Shown here: one piece after another, positions 52,868-62,440 of the stretch
How positions within the stretch are numbered: position 1 is the first letter of the stretch
Layout of the letters: each line of letters opens with the position of its first letter
DNA from: a virus
Virus record (IMG/VR): IMGVR_UViG_3300036832_000974
Span: 1-64,000 of that record
Reading direction: 5' to 3' (one strand)
DNA: 64,000 nucleotides
Made by a program: the position numbers and the translations under genes
The notes under the pieces: model-generated
The model's database searches: none
What the model was told of the DNA's origin: nothing
What the model saw: the letters and a program-made list of their open reading frames with translations, nothing else

Positions 52868-55342
52868 TTATGGCGAAGCGTAGGCGATGCGCTGGCCGAC
52901 AACAAAATCATCGCCGGTGCCATCGGTGGTGCCATCGATCTCGATGTAAAAGCCGTCGGGGATCGATGCGGTGTTGAACGTCCACGTGCGTTCAACACTG
53001 CCGTCGTCGAGTGTCACGTCAGCAACGACGTCAGCCGACTTGTGAACCGTGGTCAGGTAGTGCAGCGACGCGGTGCAGGTGTGATGCGCGGTGACGAACT
53101 GATACAGCTTGCAAATCACCTTCACGTGGGTGATCGCGGAAGCAACCGGGATGAAGGTCGAGATGTGGTGGTAAGTGTTCGAGCGAATGCCGTGAAGAAT
53201 GACCTGCGATCGTGACTGCAATGCCACCCCTGGCATCAGATCGGTGGTCCCCATGAACACCACCTTGAACGGCATCATCGGCGGGCCGCCGGTGAAGGTC
53301 ACCGACGCGTTCGGATCAGCGTCGAACTTCTGCCAGACGCCCGCGACCTGCACCTGATAGGACAGGCTGGTCGCGGGCGGCTCGACCGCCTCGGCCAAGA
53401 TGTCGATGCCACCAATGCCGCCAGCGAGCTGCAACGGCTGCATCTGCACCTCGGCGACCACGGTGCCGCCCGCCCCTTGGTTGTTGCCCTGCCACTGTCC
53501 CCACGTCGCATAGTGCAGCATGAAGCGCAGCGATTTCGGATTGGTGGTCGACGGCCAGCGATACAGCCCGGTGTTGCCGCTGACCCAGTAGACGCCCTGA
53601 TGCACCGCGAACAAGTCCCACTGGTCGCTGATGCAGAAACGGTGATCAAACGCAGACAGGAAATGCAGCCCGTAGCGCTTGCCGCTCTCAAGAAACACCG
53701 GCGGGAACGTGATGCGGCACGGATAGACGTAAATCGGCGGACCGGTCTTGATGGTGACACGCGTGACCGTGCCAGTTCTGTTGGTTCGCGACGTCACCGA
53801 TTCCAAGTCGCCGATCAGCACCGGATTATCGAAACACGCCTGCACCCCCGGCCCGTCGAGCGCTACCTGCCGGATGGTCTGATGCAGATGGTCTGGCGTA
53901 CCGTCGTCCAGCGTCCCCGCGATCAGCACCGCCAGCGGCTGCGCTAAAGGCGACATCATGTAGATGGTAACGCCCGACAGCCAGCCGTCCTGCGCGTTGA
54001 GGAATGTCTGACAGATGTGCTGACCCGACTGGGGATAAAGATCGACAATTTTGGCCCAGTGATAGACGTCGACACGATCGAGCCAATAAAACCGCAAGCG
54101 ATCAAACTTATGCTGCGGATAATCCGGCGAGCCCTCGGGATGCTGGGCCACGTCCCGCAACGTCGTGACCGCCCATGACTCACCGGTAAAGGCGAGAATC
54201 CCAAGCGTCGGGTCGAGCTGCGCTTGATACCAGAGCACCTGCGCCAGCGGCGATGGCAAAAACGGAAAACCGAACCGGCGCCGCAACCTCGCTATGCGCA
54301 GATGGCGAATCGTGAAGCTGCCGTTGAAGATGTACTGCAGAATGCGCTCTTCAATCCACGGCAACGAGTTGAACGAGCAGTCGAGCCGCACCCGTGCGCC
54401 CGATGGCGTCGGCAGCATGAATCCGTCCAGTGAAATGGTAGCGCCAGGATCGCTCGGATTGAGCAGCTGCAGCGTTGTGGTCGACGAGGTGTTGCTGCCG
54501 GGAAACCGCAGACCCTCACGAACGCTGGCATTATAAGCGCCGTCGACGTTGCCGGTGAGGAACGACTGGCTGTTGTCGAGGAAATTATCGGTGCCATAGA
54601 ACATATACGCCGCTGGCTGGTGAATGAGATCCCAGATCTCTTTGACCAGCGTGACCAGCTTTTGATAATCGGCGAGCAGCACATAGTTACGCAGCTGATC
54701 CGCCAGCGCCGCAAGTGCGGTCGTCAGCGTTGACACCTGCCCGGCAATCTGAGCATCAAACACCTCGATCGACGACACCCGGTCGGTGAGATCACGCAGG
54801 TTGTCGATCGCGTTGACGGTGACCTGCTGCACCGAAACGATGCCAGTAGGGTCGACCAGCACGTAAGCAATCAAGAGATCGGTGGCATCGATAGCCGGAT
54901 ACTGCGGTGATGGACCTTCGACTCCCGGCACCACATCAACGTTGCAGTAGCGGGTCGTCGTCATCGCTACCGATTGCGGCTGCGATTGCCCGGTGTCAGC
55001 ATCAATGATGAAGTCACGCGGCTGAATATCCTGCGTGATAGTAGAGCCCCAGCACACCACCGCAATCTGCTTCTTCTGGGTCACCGGCAGGCTGTTGAAC
55101 AGGTCGATGGTCACAACATCGTTGCGCGCGTAAACCTGACCGGCGTTGTAAAGCCGCCCCGCAGAGACGTTAATCTGGGTCGGCGCCACCTTCGAAACAG
55201 TGAAGCCGTAATAGGACATCTGCGGTTCGATGGCGTCGTTGACCACATGATCCAGCGAACCGCCGAGATAATCCTGCATATTGTTGAAATCTGCAGCCTG
55301 CGTTTCCTGATTGTCACGGAAGATGACTGCGTTCTCGGCCAT
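52868..55342 (-). CDS. Baseplate/proximal tail-fibre protein
   Basis: F.D.QE..A.DFNNMQ, V.AGRLY..G; follows gpI-like gene. Confidence 0.7.
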   Translation of the reverse strand: MAENAVIFRDNQETQAADFNNMQDYLGGSLDHVVNDAIEPQMSYYGFTVSKVAPTQINVSAGRLYNAGQVYARNDVVTIDLFNSLPVTQKKQIAVVCWGSTITQDIQPRDFIIDADTGQSQPQSVAMTTTRYCNVDVVPGVEGPSPQYPAIDATDLLIAYVLVDPTGIVSVQQVTVNAIDNLRDLTDRVSSIEVFDAQIAGQVSTLTTALAALADQLRNYVLLADYQKLVTLVKEIWDLIHQPAAYMFYGTDNFLDNSQSFLTGNVDGAYNASVREGLRFPGSNTSSTTTLQLLNPSDPGATISLDGFMLPTPSGARVRLDCSFNSLPWIEERILQYIFNGSFTIRHLRIARLRRRFGFPFLPSPLAQVLWYQAQLDPTLGILAFTGESWAVTTLRDVAQHPEGSPDYPQHKFDRLRFYWLDRVDVYHWAKIVDLYPQSGQHICQTFLNAQDGWLSGVTIYMMSPLAQPLAVLIAGTLDDGTPDHLHQTIRQVALDGPGVQACFDNPVLIGDLESVTSRTNRTGTVTRVTIKTGPPIYVYPCRITFPPVFLESGKRYGLHFLSAFDHRFCISDQWDLFAVHQGVYWVSGNTGLYRWPSTTNPKSLRFMLHYATWGQWQGNNQGAGGTVVAEVQMQPLQLAGGIGGIDILAEAVEPPATSLSYQVQVAGVWQKFDADPNASVTFTGGPPMMPFKVVFMGTTDLMPGVALQSRSQVILHGIRSNTYHHISTFIPVASAITHVKVICKLYQFVTAHHTCTASLHYLTTVHKSADVVADVTLDDGSVERTWTFNTASIPDGFYIEIDGTTDGTGDDFVVGQRIAYASP

Positions 55343-55354
55343 CGAGATGATCTC

Positions 55355-57010
55355 CTAATCGTTGATGTACTGACCGACGGTGTAGTTGCCGTCGACCGGC
55401 AGGCTGTCGTTGGTAGAGATGACGCGCTTCACCTTGGTGTCGATGCCAACGGTATCGCGCACCGCCATCGACGCGGTGACAGCGCGGCGCAGCTTCTGAA
55501 TTGTCTTGGTGTCAGGCGCGCGCAGAAAACCGCGCAGGTAGCCGGTGGTGTTCAAAAACCATGGGCGCCATGGCCTGAACATCTGGATCTTAAGCTCGGC
55601 GCTGTAGCGCTTGATCCCGAACCGCGCCACGCCCATGAAGGTGTAGCCCTTGCGATAGTCAGGCGCGCGATTGCGATCGAGGATGTACCAGCGCTCATAG
55701 ATGAACTGCCACGCCGTTGAGGTCGGTAGAAATTTGCGGGTGAGATAATTCGGATTGCCCGGCGGTACCGGCAGCGTGTCGGGCGCGTTCGAACTGAGGA
55801 ACTGCTTGGCGGGCCGCTTCGCCGCGTACAGCTTGCGCTTCGACATCGGATGAACTTCTGAAACATATTCGGGCTGCAGATTGATCAGCTCGCCGCCCGG
55901 CACGAGGGTCTGGTAAATCGCCTTCGCCTGCGAAAGATCGAGGCGGCCATCACGCGGGATACGAACCAAGCGCGCTTCGGTGCCATCATCGGCGCCAAGG
56001 AAGATGCCGTGCTTGTTGCTCGCCAGCGGATGGTCCTTGGGCAGCGGCCACTTGCCTTCCTCGCCCATGTAGTAGTGATTGTTCAGCCGCGCGGGCAGCA
56101 TCACCTCGTCGTAAGTGGTGGCGCCGTACTTGGTGTTCAGGTCAGTGACGGTGCGAAACGTCAGCGGTGTCTCGATGCCGCGATCCCACAGTGTCGCGGT
56201 GCGGGTGAACTTGCCGCCAGCGGTCTGGCTGGTCGGATAGAACTTGCGGGTCGGCCCGGTGAAGCTGCCGTTCTTGGTGAACTTCTTGACCGTGTCTGGC
56301 GGCAGACCACTGATGAATTTAGCCGGATAGCACAGCCACGGCAGCTTCACCCGCTCAACAAACGGATAGAGCCGCAGCTGCGGAAACCGCGCCACGTACG
56401 CCGCGCGCTCGTCGTTGGAGTAGCTCTTGGTCGGAAAGAACTTCGCGGGCGGCACGATCGCCTTGACGACCTTGCCGCCGACCGCCTCGACGAACCGCTT
56501 GGTGCCGAGCAGGCTGCCGCGCTGCGATTTCAGTTCCCACTGGTTGGCGGTCCACCAGCGCCGAAACGTCTCGTCCCAGTCGTCTTCCCACAGGTTGACG
56601 CCCATCGCCCACGCCAGATAGGGCAGGTTGGCGTAGCGGATCGCGTACGGATCCCACTGGTCGCGAATGATCTCGGCATAGGTGACGGTGAGCCGGTAGG
56701 CGTCGACGTCTGCCAGTGCCTTCTCCAGGCCCGTGGCTTGGCGGTACAGCACGTCTTCGCCCGCGGTGACCAGAATGCCGGGCGTGATCGGATCGGCTTG
56801 CTGGAGCAGCGGCACGCCGAACACGGGGCGTCCTGCGGCCACCCCGAGGGCGAACAGATCGCGGGTCGGCCCGGTCGGCCTGCCGAACTCCGGCTTGTCG
56901 ACCGCAAAGCCCTGCGCCCGCAGACTAACGGTGACGCCATACGCTGGATCAGGCGAAACGAACGGCCCGCCAATGGCGGCGCCGCCACCGAGGAAATCAC
57001 GACCAAGCAT
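55355..57010 (-). CDS. Baseplate wedge protein I (P2 gpI-like)
   Basis: WDP......LPYLAWAMGV.LW..W...R.......RGSL. Confidence 0.82.
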   Translation of the reverse strand: MLGRDFLGGGAAIGGPFVSPDPAYGVTVSLRAQGFAVDKPEFGRPTGPTRDLFALGVAAGRPVFGVPLLQQADPITPGILVTAGEDVLYRQATGLEKALADVDAYRLTVTYAEIIRDQWDPYAIRYANLPYLAWAMGVNLWEDDWDETFRRWWTANQWELKSQRGSLLGTKRFVEAVGGKVVKAIVPPAKFFPTKSYSNDERAAYVARFPQLRLYPFVERVKLPWLCYPAKFISGLPPDTVKKFTKNGSFTGPTRKFYPTSQTAGGKFTRTATLWDRGIETPLTFRTVTDLNTKYGATTYDEVMLPARLNNHYYMGEEGKWPLPKDHPLASNKHGIFLGADDGTEARLVRIPRDGRLDLSQAKAIYQTLVPGGELINLQPEYVSEVHPMSKRKLYAAKRPAKQFLSSNAPDTLPVPPGNPNYLTRKFLPTSTAWQFIYERWYILDRNRAPDYRKGYTFMGVARFGIKRYSAELKIQMFRPWRPWFLNTTGYLRGFLRAPDTKTIQKLRRAVTASMAVRDTVGIDTKVKRVISTNDSLPVDGNYTVGQYIND

Positions 57011-57013
57011 GGA

Positions 57014-58336
57014 TCAGCCGATGACCCAGGCCGAAGCGGTGCGATAGACCGGCACGAAGTTGGTGCCGCCGCCGACCACCGTGGTGCCGAACGTGGTCAC
57101 CGTGGCATCGGTGACGAATGCCCGTGTGCCAGCGCTGGCCGTGGGAAGGTTCGCCACCGTCACCCCCGCCATAAGCGACGCCACGATAGCGCTCGGGGCA
57201 ATGATTCGACTACCGCTAGGGAGAGTCCCACCGGCATTATCGAGGATGGAGCCGGTGGAAACACTGTAGGCGGGGCCGTTGATGGTCCCAGTGAAGCTGC
57301 TGAAGAGCAAGAACAATGCGCCATCGGAGAGGAGTATGAAGGCAGTATTATAAGTCGGGTTGCCTACGATGGTGATGGCAGCTTGACAGTTGATCTCCCC
57401 GAATCCAGACCCAGAGGCAAATGCATACTGACCTGCCGCTCCGGGCGTCATAGTCATGTTGCCATTCAGCACAATTTGCGCTCCTACCGCCGTGGCCTGA
57501 AACCCGGTTGCGTGGTTGGCGAGCGTTCCCAGGATGACGTGGCCGCCGTACTTTCCGACGTTGACCTTGCACTCAGAAACCACAGATACATAGCCACCCC
57601 AGGCAACCGTGGGAGACACCAGCGTCACTTCAGCAATGGTGATTGGTGAGAGTATAGGTATGCCGCCAAAATAGAAGCAAAGCCCCCAGCCAAGACTGGC
57701 AGCGCCTTCGGCGTCAGCGTCGATGACCACTTTCGTTGCGTCAGCGGAATTGCCAAGGATGAAGATGTTGCCAGACCCGATCGGAGTCACCCACACGGTG
57801 CTCCATTGGTCACCTGACATGACAACCGGCCCGTAGTGCGCCGTCGCGTCCTGAAGCTGGACGGTGATGTCGAAGCCATTCAAGTCGTATGAGCACAGGG
57901 TGTTCCAGGCTTTCGCCATCGTCTTGAACGGAGCGGTACTGGTGCCAGCGTTGCTGTCGTTGCCGGTATCGGCATTGACGTAGATCGTCAGCGCTGCCTG
58001 CAGCAACGGCCGCGACGGCGCGGACGGCGGTGGTGCAAAGTCTTCCGCTAGCGCGTCGATCATCACCGTCGGCGGCGCCGAGAAGTTCACCTTGGCGTTG
58101 GCGGCCGACGACATCAGCACAGTGGTGCGAGCGAATACCGGCCCGGTGCTCGAATAGGTGCCGCGGCCGATCTCCCACTGCGAATTGTCGTTCGATCGAG
58201 CGTTGTAGCTGTACACCCCGCCGGTTACTGCGCCCGACTGCGCTGGCGTCAGTGACCCAACCTTCGCCGCCGCGATGCCGAAATCTCCGGTGCCGCCCGC
58301 AACCGCAGCGAACGCGACGTTGTTGAGAAGACTCAT
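57014..58336 (-). CDS. Tail fibre/receptor-binding protein with shared N-terminal adaptor
   Basis: GGTGDF...WEIGRGTY...RTTV..SS; TIYVN..TGNDSN.G...PFKT..KA; TVANLP.A.AG.RAFVTDA. Confidence 0.8.
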   Translation of the reverse strand: MSLLNNVAFAAVAGGTGDFGIAAAKVGSLTPAQSGAVTGGVYSYNARSNDNSQWEIGRGTYSSTGPVFARTTVLMSSAANAKVNFSAPPTVMIDALAEDFAPPPSAPSRPLLQAALTIYVNADTGNDSNAGTSTAPFKTMAKAWNTLCSYDLNGFDITVQLQDATAHYGPVVMSGDQWSTVWVTPIGSGNIFILGNSADATKVVIDADAEGAASLGWGLCFYFGGIPILSPITIAEVTLVSPTVAWGGYVSVVSECKVNVGKYGGHVILGTLANHATGFQATAVGAQIVLNGNMTMTPGAAGQYAFASGSGFGEINCQAAITIVGNPTYNTAFILLSDGALFLLFSSFTGTINGPAYSVSTGSILDNAGGTLPSGSRIIAPSAIVASLMAGVTVANLPTASAGTRAFVTDATVTTFGTTVVGGGTNFVPVYRTASAWVIG

Positions 58337-59346
58337 TCGCCTTGCCCCATGTAACGCAGCGTTGCGCTGACGATGTTCACGCAGCCATCGACATCAACGA
58401 TGGTGTCTGTGGTCGGTGATGTGATCTTGGTGTTGTAGACGCCCGCCTGCGCCAGCGCGCCCTGCAACGTCAGCATCGTGAGATCGGCGCCGAGCCAGCG
58501 CAGCGCCTCGATCAGATCGGCGATCGCCTGCGCCACCGTCGCCATCAGCGTGTTGCGATCGACGCCGTTGAACAGCCAGATCTGAATATCGAGCATCACC
58601 GGCGCGACCTTCGGCGGGATCACATTGATGACGTCGGTGAGTCCCTTTCGCGCCGTGTCAGGCTCGGTAATGTACTCGTACACGGCTTCAATCTGCGTTG
58701 GCGTCGGCACCGGATGGGTGCCAGGAACGAGCGTCCATACATTGCCGTCGAGCGAGACCGACCACACGTAGTCAGGATTGTCGATCGCCGACGACAGGAT
58801 CGGAATGTAAACGTTGCCGGTGTACGGCTTGGTCAGCGCCGCGGCATGCTTCAGCCCGACATCATTGGGAAACATCGGCGCCGACAGCGCCCAGAACACA
58901 TAGCTTTCGAACGTGCCCATGCCGGGCCCGCCGAGGCTGAGAATGTTCGGCGACAGCCACACCCGGCGCCGGTACATCTCGTCGCTCTCGCCGAGATTGC
59001 GCGGCATGCCGTAAGGATAGCGCGAGCCGATCGCATCGAGATCGCTACCAACCGCAAACGCCAGCGTTACCGCGCGGCACGCCTGATTGACCCGATCGCG
59101 CACCAGCAGCTCAAAGAAAGCGTTCAGCTCCTGATTGATCCGGATCGGATCGAATTCGAGCGCGCCAACATCGTACTGCGCCGCATGGGGCGGATCGTGC
59201 GCCGCCCAGATCTCGACCAGCTTGGTCATGCGCTGGTCAATCAGCGCCTCGGTGTCGATCCGCTGCAGCACCGCCATCGGCGGCAACAGCTCGGGACGAA
59301 TGACGCTGAACCTCGACGGCGTAGTGGTGACGAGGTTCGTCGGCAT
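58333..59346 (-). CDS. Baseplate protein J (P2 gpJ-like)
   Basis: R.RVNQA..A..LAFA.GSDLD.IG....R..GESDE.YRRR. Confidence 0.9.
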   Translation of the reverse strand: MPTNLVTTTPSRFSVIRPELLPPMAVLQRIDTEALIDQRMTKLVEIWAAHDPPHAAQYDVGALEFDPIRINQELNAFFELLVRDRVNQACRAVTLAFAVGSDLDAIGSRYPYGMPRNLGESDEMYRRRVWLSPNILSLGGPGMGTFESYVFWALSAPMFPNDVGLKHAAALTKPYTGNVYIPILSSAIDNPDYVWSVSLDGNVWTLVPGTHPVPTPTQIEAVYEYITEPDTARKGLTDVINVIPPKVAPVMLDIQIWLFNGVDRNTLMATVAQAIADLIEALRWLGADLTMLTLQGALAQAGVYNTKITSPTTDTIVDVDGCVNIVSATLRYMGQGE

Positions 59347-59356
59347 CGTGCTTCCC

Positions 59357-59971
59357 TTACGTGAACGGCTGGACGTCCCACAGCTGATCGCCGCGTCCGA
59401 TCAGCCCGGATTGCTTTTGCATGTACTGGGTAAAGTCGCCGAGATGCGCGCGCGGGCGGTAGATCCCCTCGTTGCGGAAGATCGCCTGCCCGAGACGGAT
59501 CATGTCGGCGGCGCTTGCCGTGGTCAGCGGCGACCACTGCTGCAGCGCATCACCCATGTAGTAGATCTGCTTGATGCGGTAGTTCGGCTCCCACAGATCG
59601 ATCGACGACGCGATCGCCCAGTAGAACCGGGTGACGATGCGGGCGACGTAGGTCTCGCCGAGCAGCACCGGCACGAATGACCCGACCCAGCGCCGCAGCA
59701 CCCGCTCATGAAACGGGGTGGCGAAGATCACTTCCATCGATTGCTGAACGTGATCCCAGCCCTGCTTGAGCTTCCCGGTCCGACGATCCATGCCGTTGCG
59801 CGCTGGCGAGATGATGACCTTGCCGCCGAGCAGGTCCGGCCAGATCGCGTTAACCGAGCGATAAAACTGGTTGTCGACCACCGGAAAGTCGACACCCGAC
59901 CTGACCCGCAGCTGCTGCGACGCCAGCACATCGGCGGGCAGCGGATCAGGGATGACGTCGCCATTACCCAC
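59357..59971 (-). CDS. Baseplate protein W/gp25-like
   Basis: GMDR.TG....WDH..QS...I..TP...RV.RR..GS, WEP.YRI. Confidence 0.88.
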   Translation of the reverse strand: MGNGDVIPDPLPADVLASQQLRVRSGVDFPVVDNQFYRSVNAIWPDLLGGKVIISPARNGMDRRTGKLKQGWDHVQQSMEVIFATPFHERVLRRWVGSFVPVLLGETYVARIVTRFYWAIASSIDLWEPNYRIKQIYYMGDALQQWSPLTTASAADMIRLGQAIFRNEGIYRPRAHLGDFTQYMQKQSGLIGRGDQLWDVQPFT

Positions 59972-59974
59972 CGC

Positions 59975-60223
59975 TTAAGCCGCCGGCTCTTCCGGCGCTT
60001 CCGACAGCAGCGGCTTGATCGCACCAGCATCAAGATAATACTTGGCCTGCTTGTCGGTCAGATCGACCAGCTGCTGCAAACCCATCTTGCGCACCTTGGC
60101 GCCCGCGAACTCACCGCGCATGTCGGGCCGATGGTACGGATCGGTGATGACATAGGTCTTGCGCTCCGGTGGCTGAGCCCCGGCCTTCTTGGCGGCGCGT
60201 TGATGACGTGGCGATAACGGCAT
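59975..60223 (-). CDS. Hypothetical baseplate-region protein
   Basis: AGGAG RBS; LTDKQAKYYLDAG. Confidence 0.6.
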   Translation of the reverse strand: MPLSPRHQRAAKKAGAQPPERKTYVITDPYHRPDMRGEFAGAKVRKMGLQQLVDLTDKQAKYYLDAGAIKPLLSEAPEEPAA

Positions 60224-60233
60224 GATTGCTCTC

Positions 60234-60380
60234 CTATGTTGGAATGATGCTTGCGATCCATTTCACGATCACGACAACGCCAATCCAGAACGGCACACAG
60301 AAACCGATGGCGATCGCATAAAACAGCGCACGCGAGCGCTTCTCGCGGCGGTAGTCATCGAGCTGATAAACCACGGCCAC
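60234..60380 (-). CDS. Small membrane protein
   Basis: ALFYAIAIGFCVPFWIGVVVIVKWI TM segment. Confidence 0.45.
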   Translation of the reverse strand: MAVVYQLDDYRREKRSRALFYAIAIGFCVPFWIGVVVIVKWIASIIPT

Positions 60381-60387
60381 GGCGCGG

Positions 60388-60615
60388 TCAGCTTTTGGCG
60401 ATCTTGATCCAGTCATTGGCAAGCAGATCGCCATGACGAGGGCACCACGGGACCTTGCTGCCGTCGGAATAGTGAATGTAGATGTACTGCTCAGTCATCT
60501 TGGAGTTGGTGCCCGGCTCCAAGATTCCGATCCACACATCCTTGCCCTTGTTCTCGCGATAGCACGTGCCACCGCTCTTCATGTGTTCGAGCGCACCACC
60601 AAAGCTCATTGCCAT
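60388..60615 (-). CDS. DUF2829/Tad2-like nucleotide-sponge anti-defence protein
   Basis: MSFG.ALE.MK.G...R...YIYI....G..VPW.P...DLLANDW. Confidence 0.78.
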   Translation of the reverse strand: MAMSFGGALEHMKSGGTCYRENKGKDVWIGILEPGTNSKMTEQYIYIHYSDGSKVPWCPRHGDLLANDWIKIAKS

Positions 60616-60624
60616 CGCCAGCCC

Positions 60625-61254
60625 CTATTTGTAATCGTCGTCAAACTTCAGCATGTTCTTGTCGATCTTGAGCGGTTCAGTGCAGAACAGCCCGTCCTTG
60701 GTGATCCAGATCGACTTCTCGCCTTTGCCCTTGCTGATGTGCACACCCTTGTCGGTGGCGGCAAAACGAAACGAGTTGCCGCCGGTGCCAACCCGGCCGG
60801 TCAGGAAGCCGTCCTGCGAAGCGCGATAGATCATCGCTGGCTGCCCGCCACCATCGAGCCACACATTGTGCGATCCATTCTCATCGATCGTGGTGCGCAC
60901 CGGGCCCGATGCCAGTGTCTTCGAATCAGGACCAGCATTGTCAGCCTGTGGTGGCGGACCGAACTGCTTGTTGGGCGCATAGGGCGACACCGTCGCCTGC
61001 CGGAAATCGCCGCCAACCGCGGACAGCCGGACGTTCTGACCCGGCTTGTAGTTGTCGCGCTCGGTGGTGCCGCCGCGGTGGTCGGTGGTATGAAGCCACG
61101 GCGATAGCCACGGCTGGCCATCGTCCTGCAGCCCCATGTTCACCCGCATCTTGTCGCCCTTGACCTCGTGCACTGTACCCATGCGGTCGCTGATCGAGGT
61201 CTTGCGGCGATGCTCTGCCAGCTCGAACAGAATCTTCTGCATGGGGTCGAGCAT
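60625..61254 (-). CDS. Baseplate spike protein V (P2 gpV-like)
   Basis: G.V.EV.....RV.......LSPW.......G.......GQ.V.L....GD OB-fold. Confidence 0.85.
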   Translation of the reverse strand: MLDPMQKILFELAEHRRKTSISDRMGTVHEVKGDKMRVNMGLQDDGQPWLSPWLHTTDHRGGTTERDNYKPGQNVRLSAVGGDFRQATVSPYAPNKQFGPPPQADNAGPDSKTLASGPVRTTIDENGSHNVWLDGGGQPAMIYRASQDGFLTGRVGTGGNSFRFAATDKGVHISKGKGEKSIWITKDGLFCTEPLKIDKNMLKFDDDYK

Positions 61255-61859
61255 TATTCTTCCTCCTTCTTGAAATCGCGGGCGGTCAGCGTGGTCTTCA
61301 GCTCTTTGGCGACCGCATCACCGAGCTGCTTCATGGTGAACAGCTGCACCGGAGCGCCCTTGCCGAACGTCACCGGCATCTGACGCGTCGCGTGCCACGT
61401 TTCGGTCCAGCAGTGGCAGTTCGGATGCACGAGGCCGTTGTTGTACGGATTCATCCCCATGAGTTCTTCGAGCGTGTAGGGCGAGTGCGCCGCGACCTCG
61501 ATGCACTTGTCGCACACAGTGCCGTCATCACGGGTGATAACCTTGAGCAGCGTGCGATCGTCGAAGCCGGTGCGCTTGTCCCACGGCCGGGACCAGTCCA
61601 TCTGCTCCGACTGAAACACCTTGCTGGTGTCCATCGACCAGTTGAGATCATCGGGCGTCGCTTTCTTCACCCCGATCAGATCGAACACGTCGTTGGGATC
61701 GAGCCCGGTCTCTTGCGCCACAGCATGTGCGGCTTCGTGGAGAATGTTGTCGCCAACTGTGTTGAGAGCGCGCGCGATGGCAGCGCCGGTCCGTCTCGGC
61801 ACGCGATTCATATAGCGCGCCCACTTCAGCAGCTCAGTGGTATCTAATGAGACGTCCAT
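61254..61859 (-). CDS. gpZ-like tail completion protein with MuF-type Cys/His motif
   Basis: AIARALN N-terminus; D..VCDKC....HPNCHC. Confidence 0.6.
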   Translation of the reverse strand: MDVSLDTTELLKWARYMNRVPRRTGAAIARALNTVGDNILHEAAHAVAQETGLDPNDVFDLIGVKKATPDDLNWSMDTSKVFQSEQMDWSRPWDKRTGFDDRTLLKVITRDDGTVCDKCIEVAAHSPYTLEELMGMNPYNNGLVHPNCHCWTETWHATRQMPVTFGKGAPVQLFTMKQLGDAVAKELKTTLTARDFKKEEE

Positions 61860-62083
61860 GGTCGCGACAGCATGTCGATGATCAGTAAAACCAGCATCAC
61901 GAACAGCGCGAAACCGGCAAGCGCCACGGCGCGGCCGAACCCCCAGCCCGGCGGTGGCGGCCGCAGCTGCGGTACCGCCTTGAGGTACCCACACGCCGGA
62001 CAGGTGCCATTGTGATGGGTGATGGTATGGCCGCCGCAGCCACGACATGGCGTAGCGCGCGGCGGGAAGTTGTCTTCAAACAC
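61844..62083 (-). CDS. Zinc-ribbon plus TM small protein
   Basis: CRGC...CPAC then hydrophobic helix. Confidence 0.5.
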   Translation of the reverse strand: MFEDNFPPRATPCRGCGGHTITHHNGTCPACGYLKAVPQLRPPPPGWGFGRAVALAGFALFVMLVLLIIDMLSRPWTSH

Positions 62084-62198
62084 GTTGCTTCCGTCGTAAC
62101 TGCAAGCCCCGGAAAATCCAGCGCCATGTCACGCGCCGCCAGTAGCCTCGGCCGGTTGGCTTAATATACCAGTAGTATGTTTTGCCCAGCATGCGGCA

Positions 62199-62438
62199 TC
62201 AGTGAAAGAAACGCGGCAACGCCGGGCCGCCGAGCAAGCACGAGATCAGCTCAAAGATCAGATAGACAACGACGATCGCCATGACCGCCCACAGCACGAT
62301 GTTGATGATCTGTGGCAGCGGACCGGGAAGCACGCTGGTCAAATACGGAACCAGAACGCGGATGATCGCAAAGATCGCCGAGACCACGATGATGTAGACG
62401 ATCAGCTGGACAAGAAATGCGGTGCTCAAGCATGCCAT
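62199..62438 (-). CDS. Two-TM small membrane protein (holin-like)
   Basis: Two hydrophobic helices separated by LPGPL. Confidence 0.65.
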   Translation of the reverse strand: MACLSTAFLVQLIVYIIVVSAIFAIIRVLVPYLTSVLPGPLPQIINIVLWAVMAIVVVYLIFELISCLLGGPALPRFFH

Positions 62439-62440
62439 GA

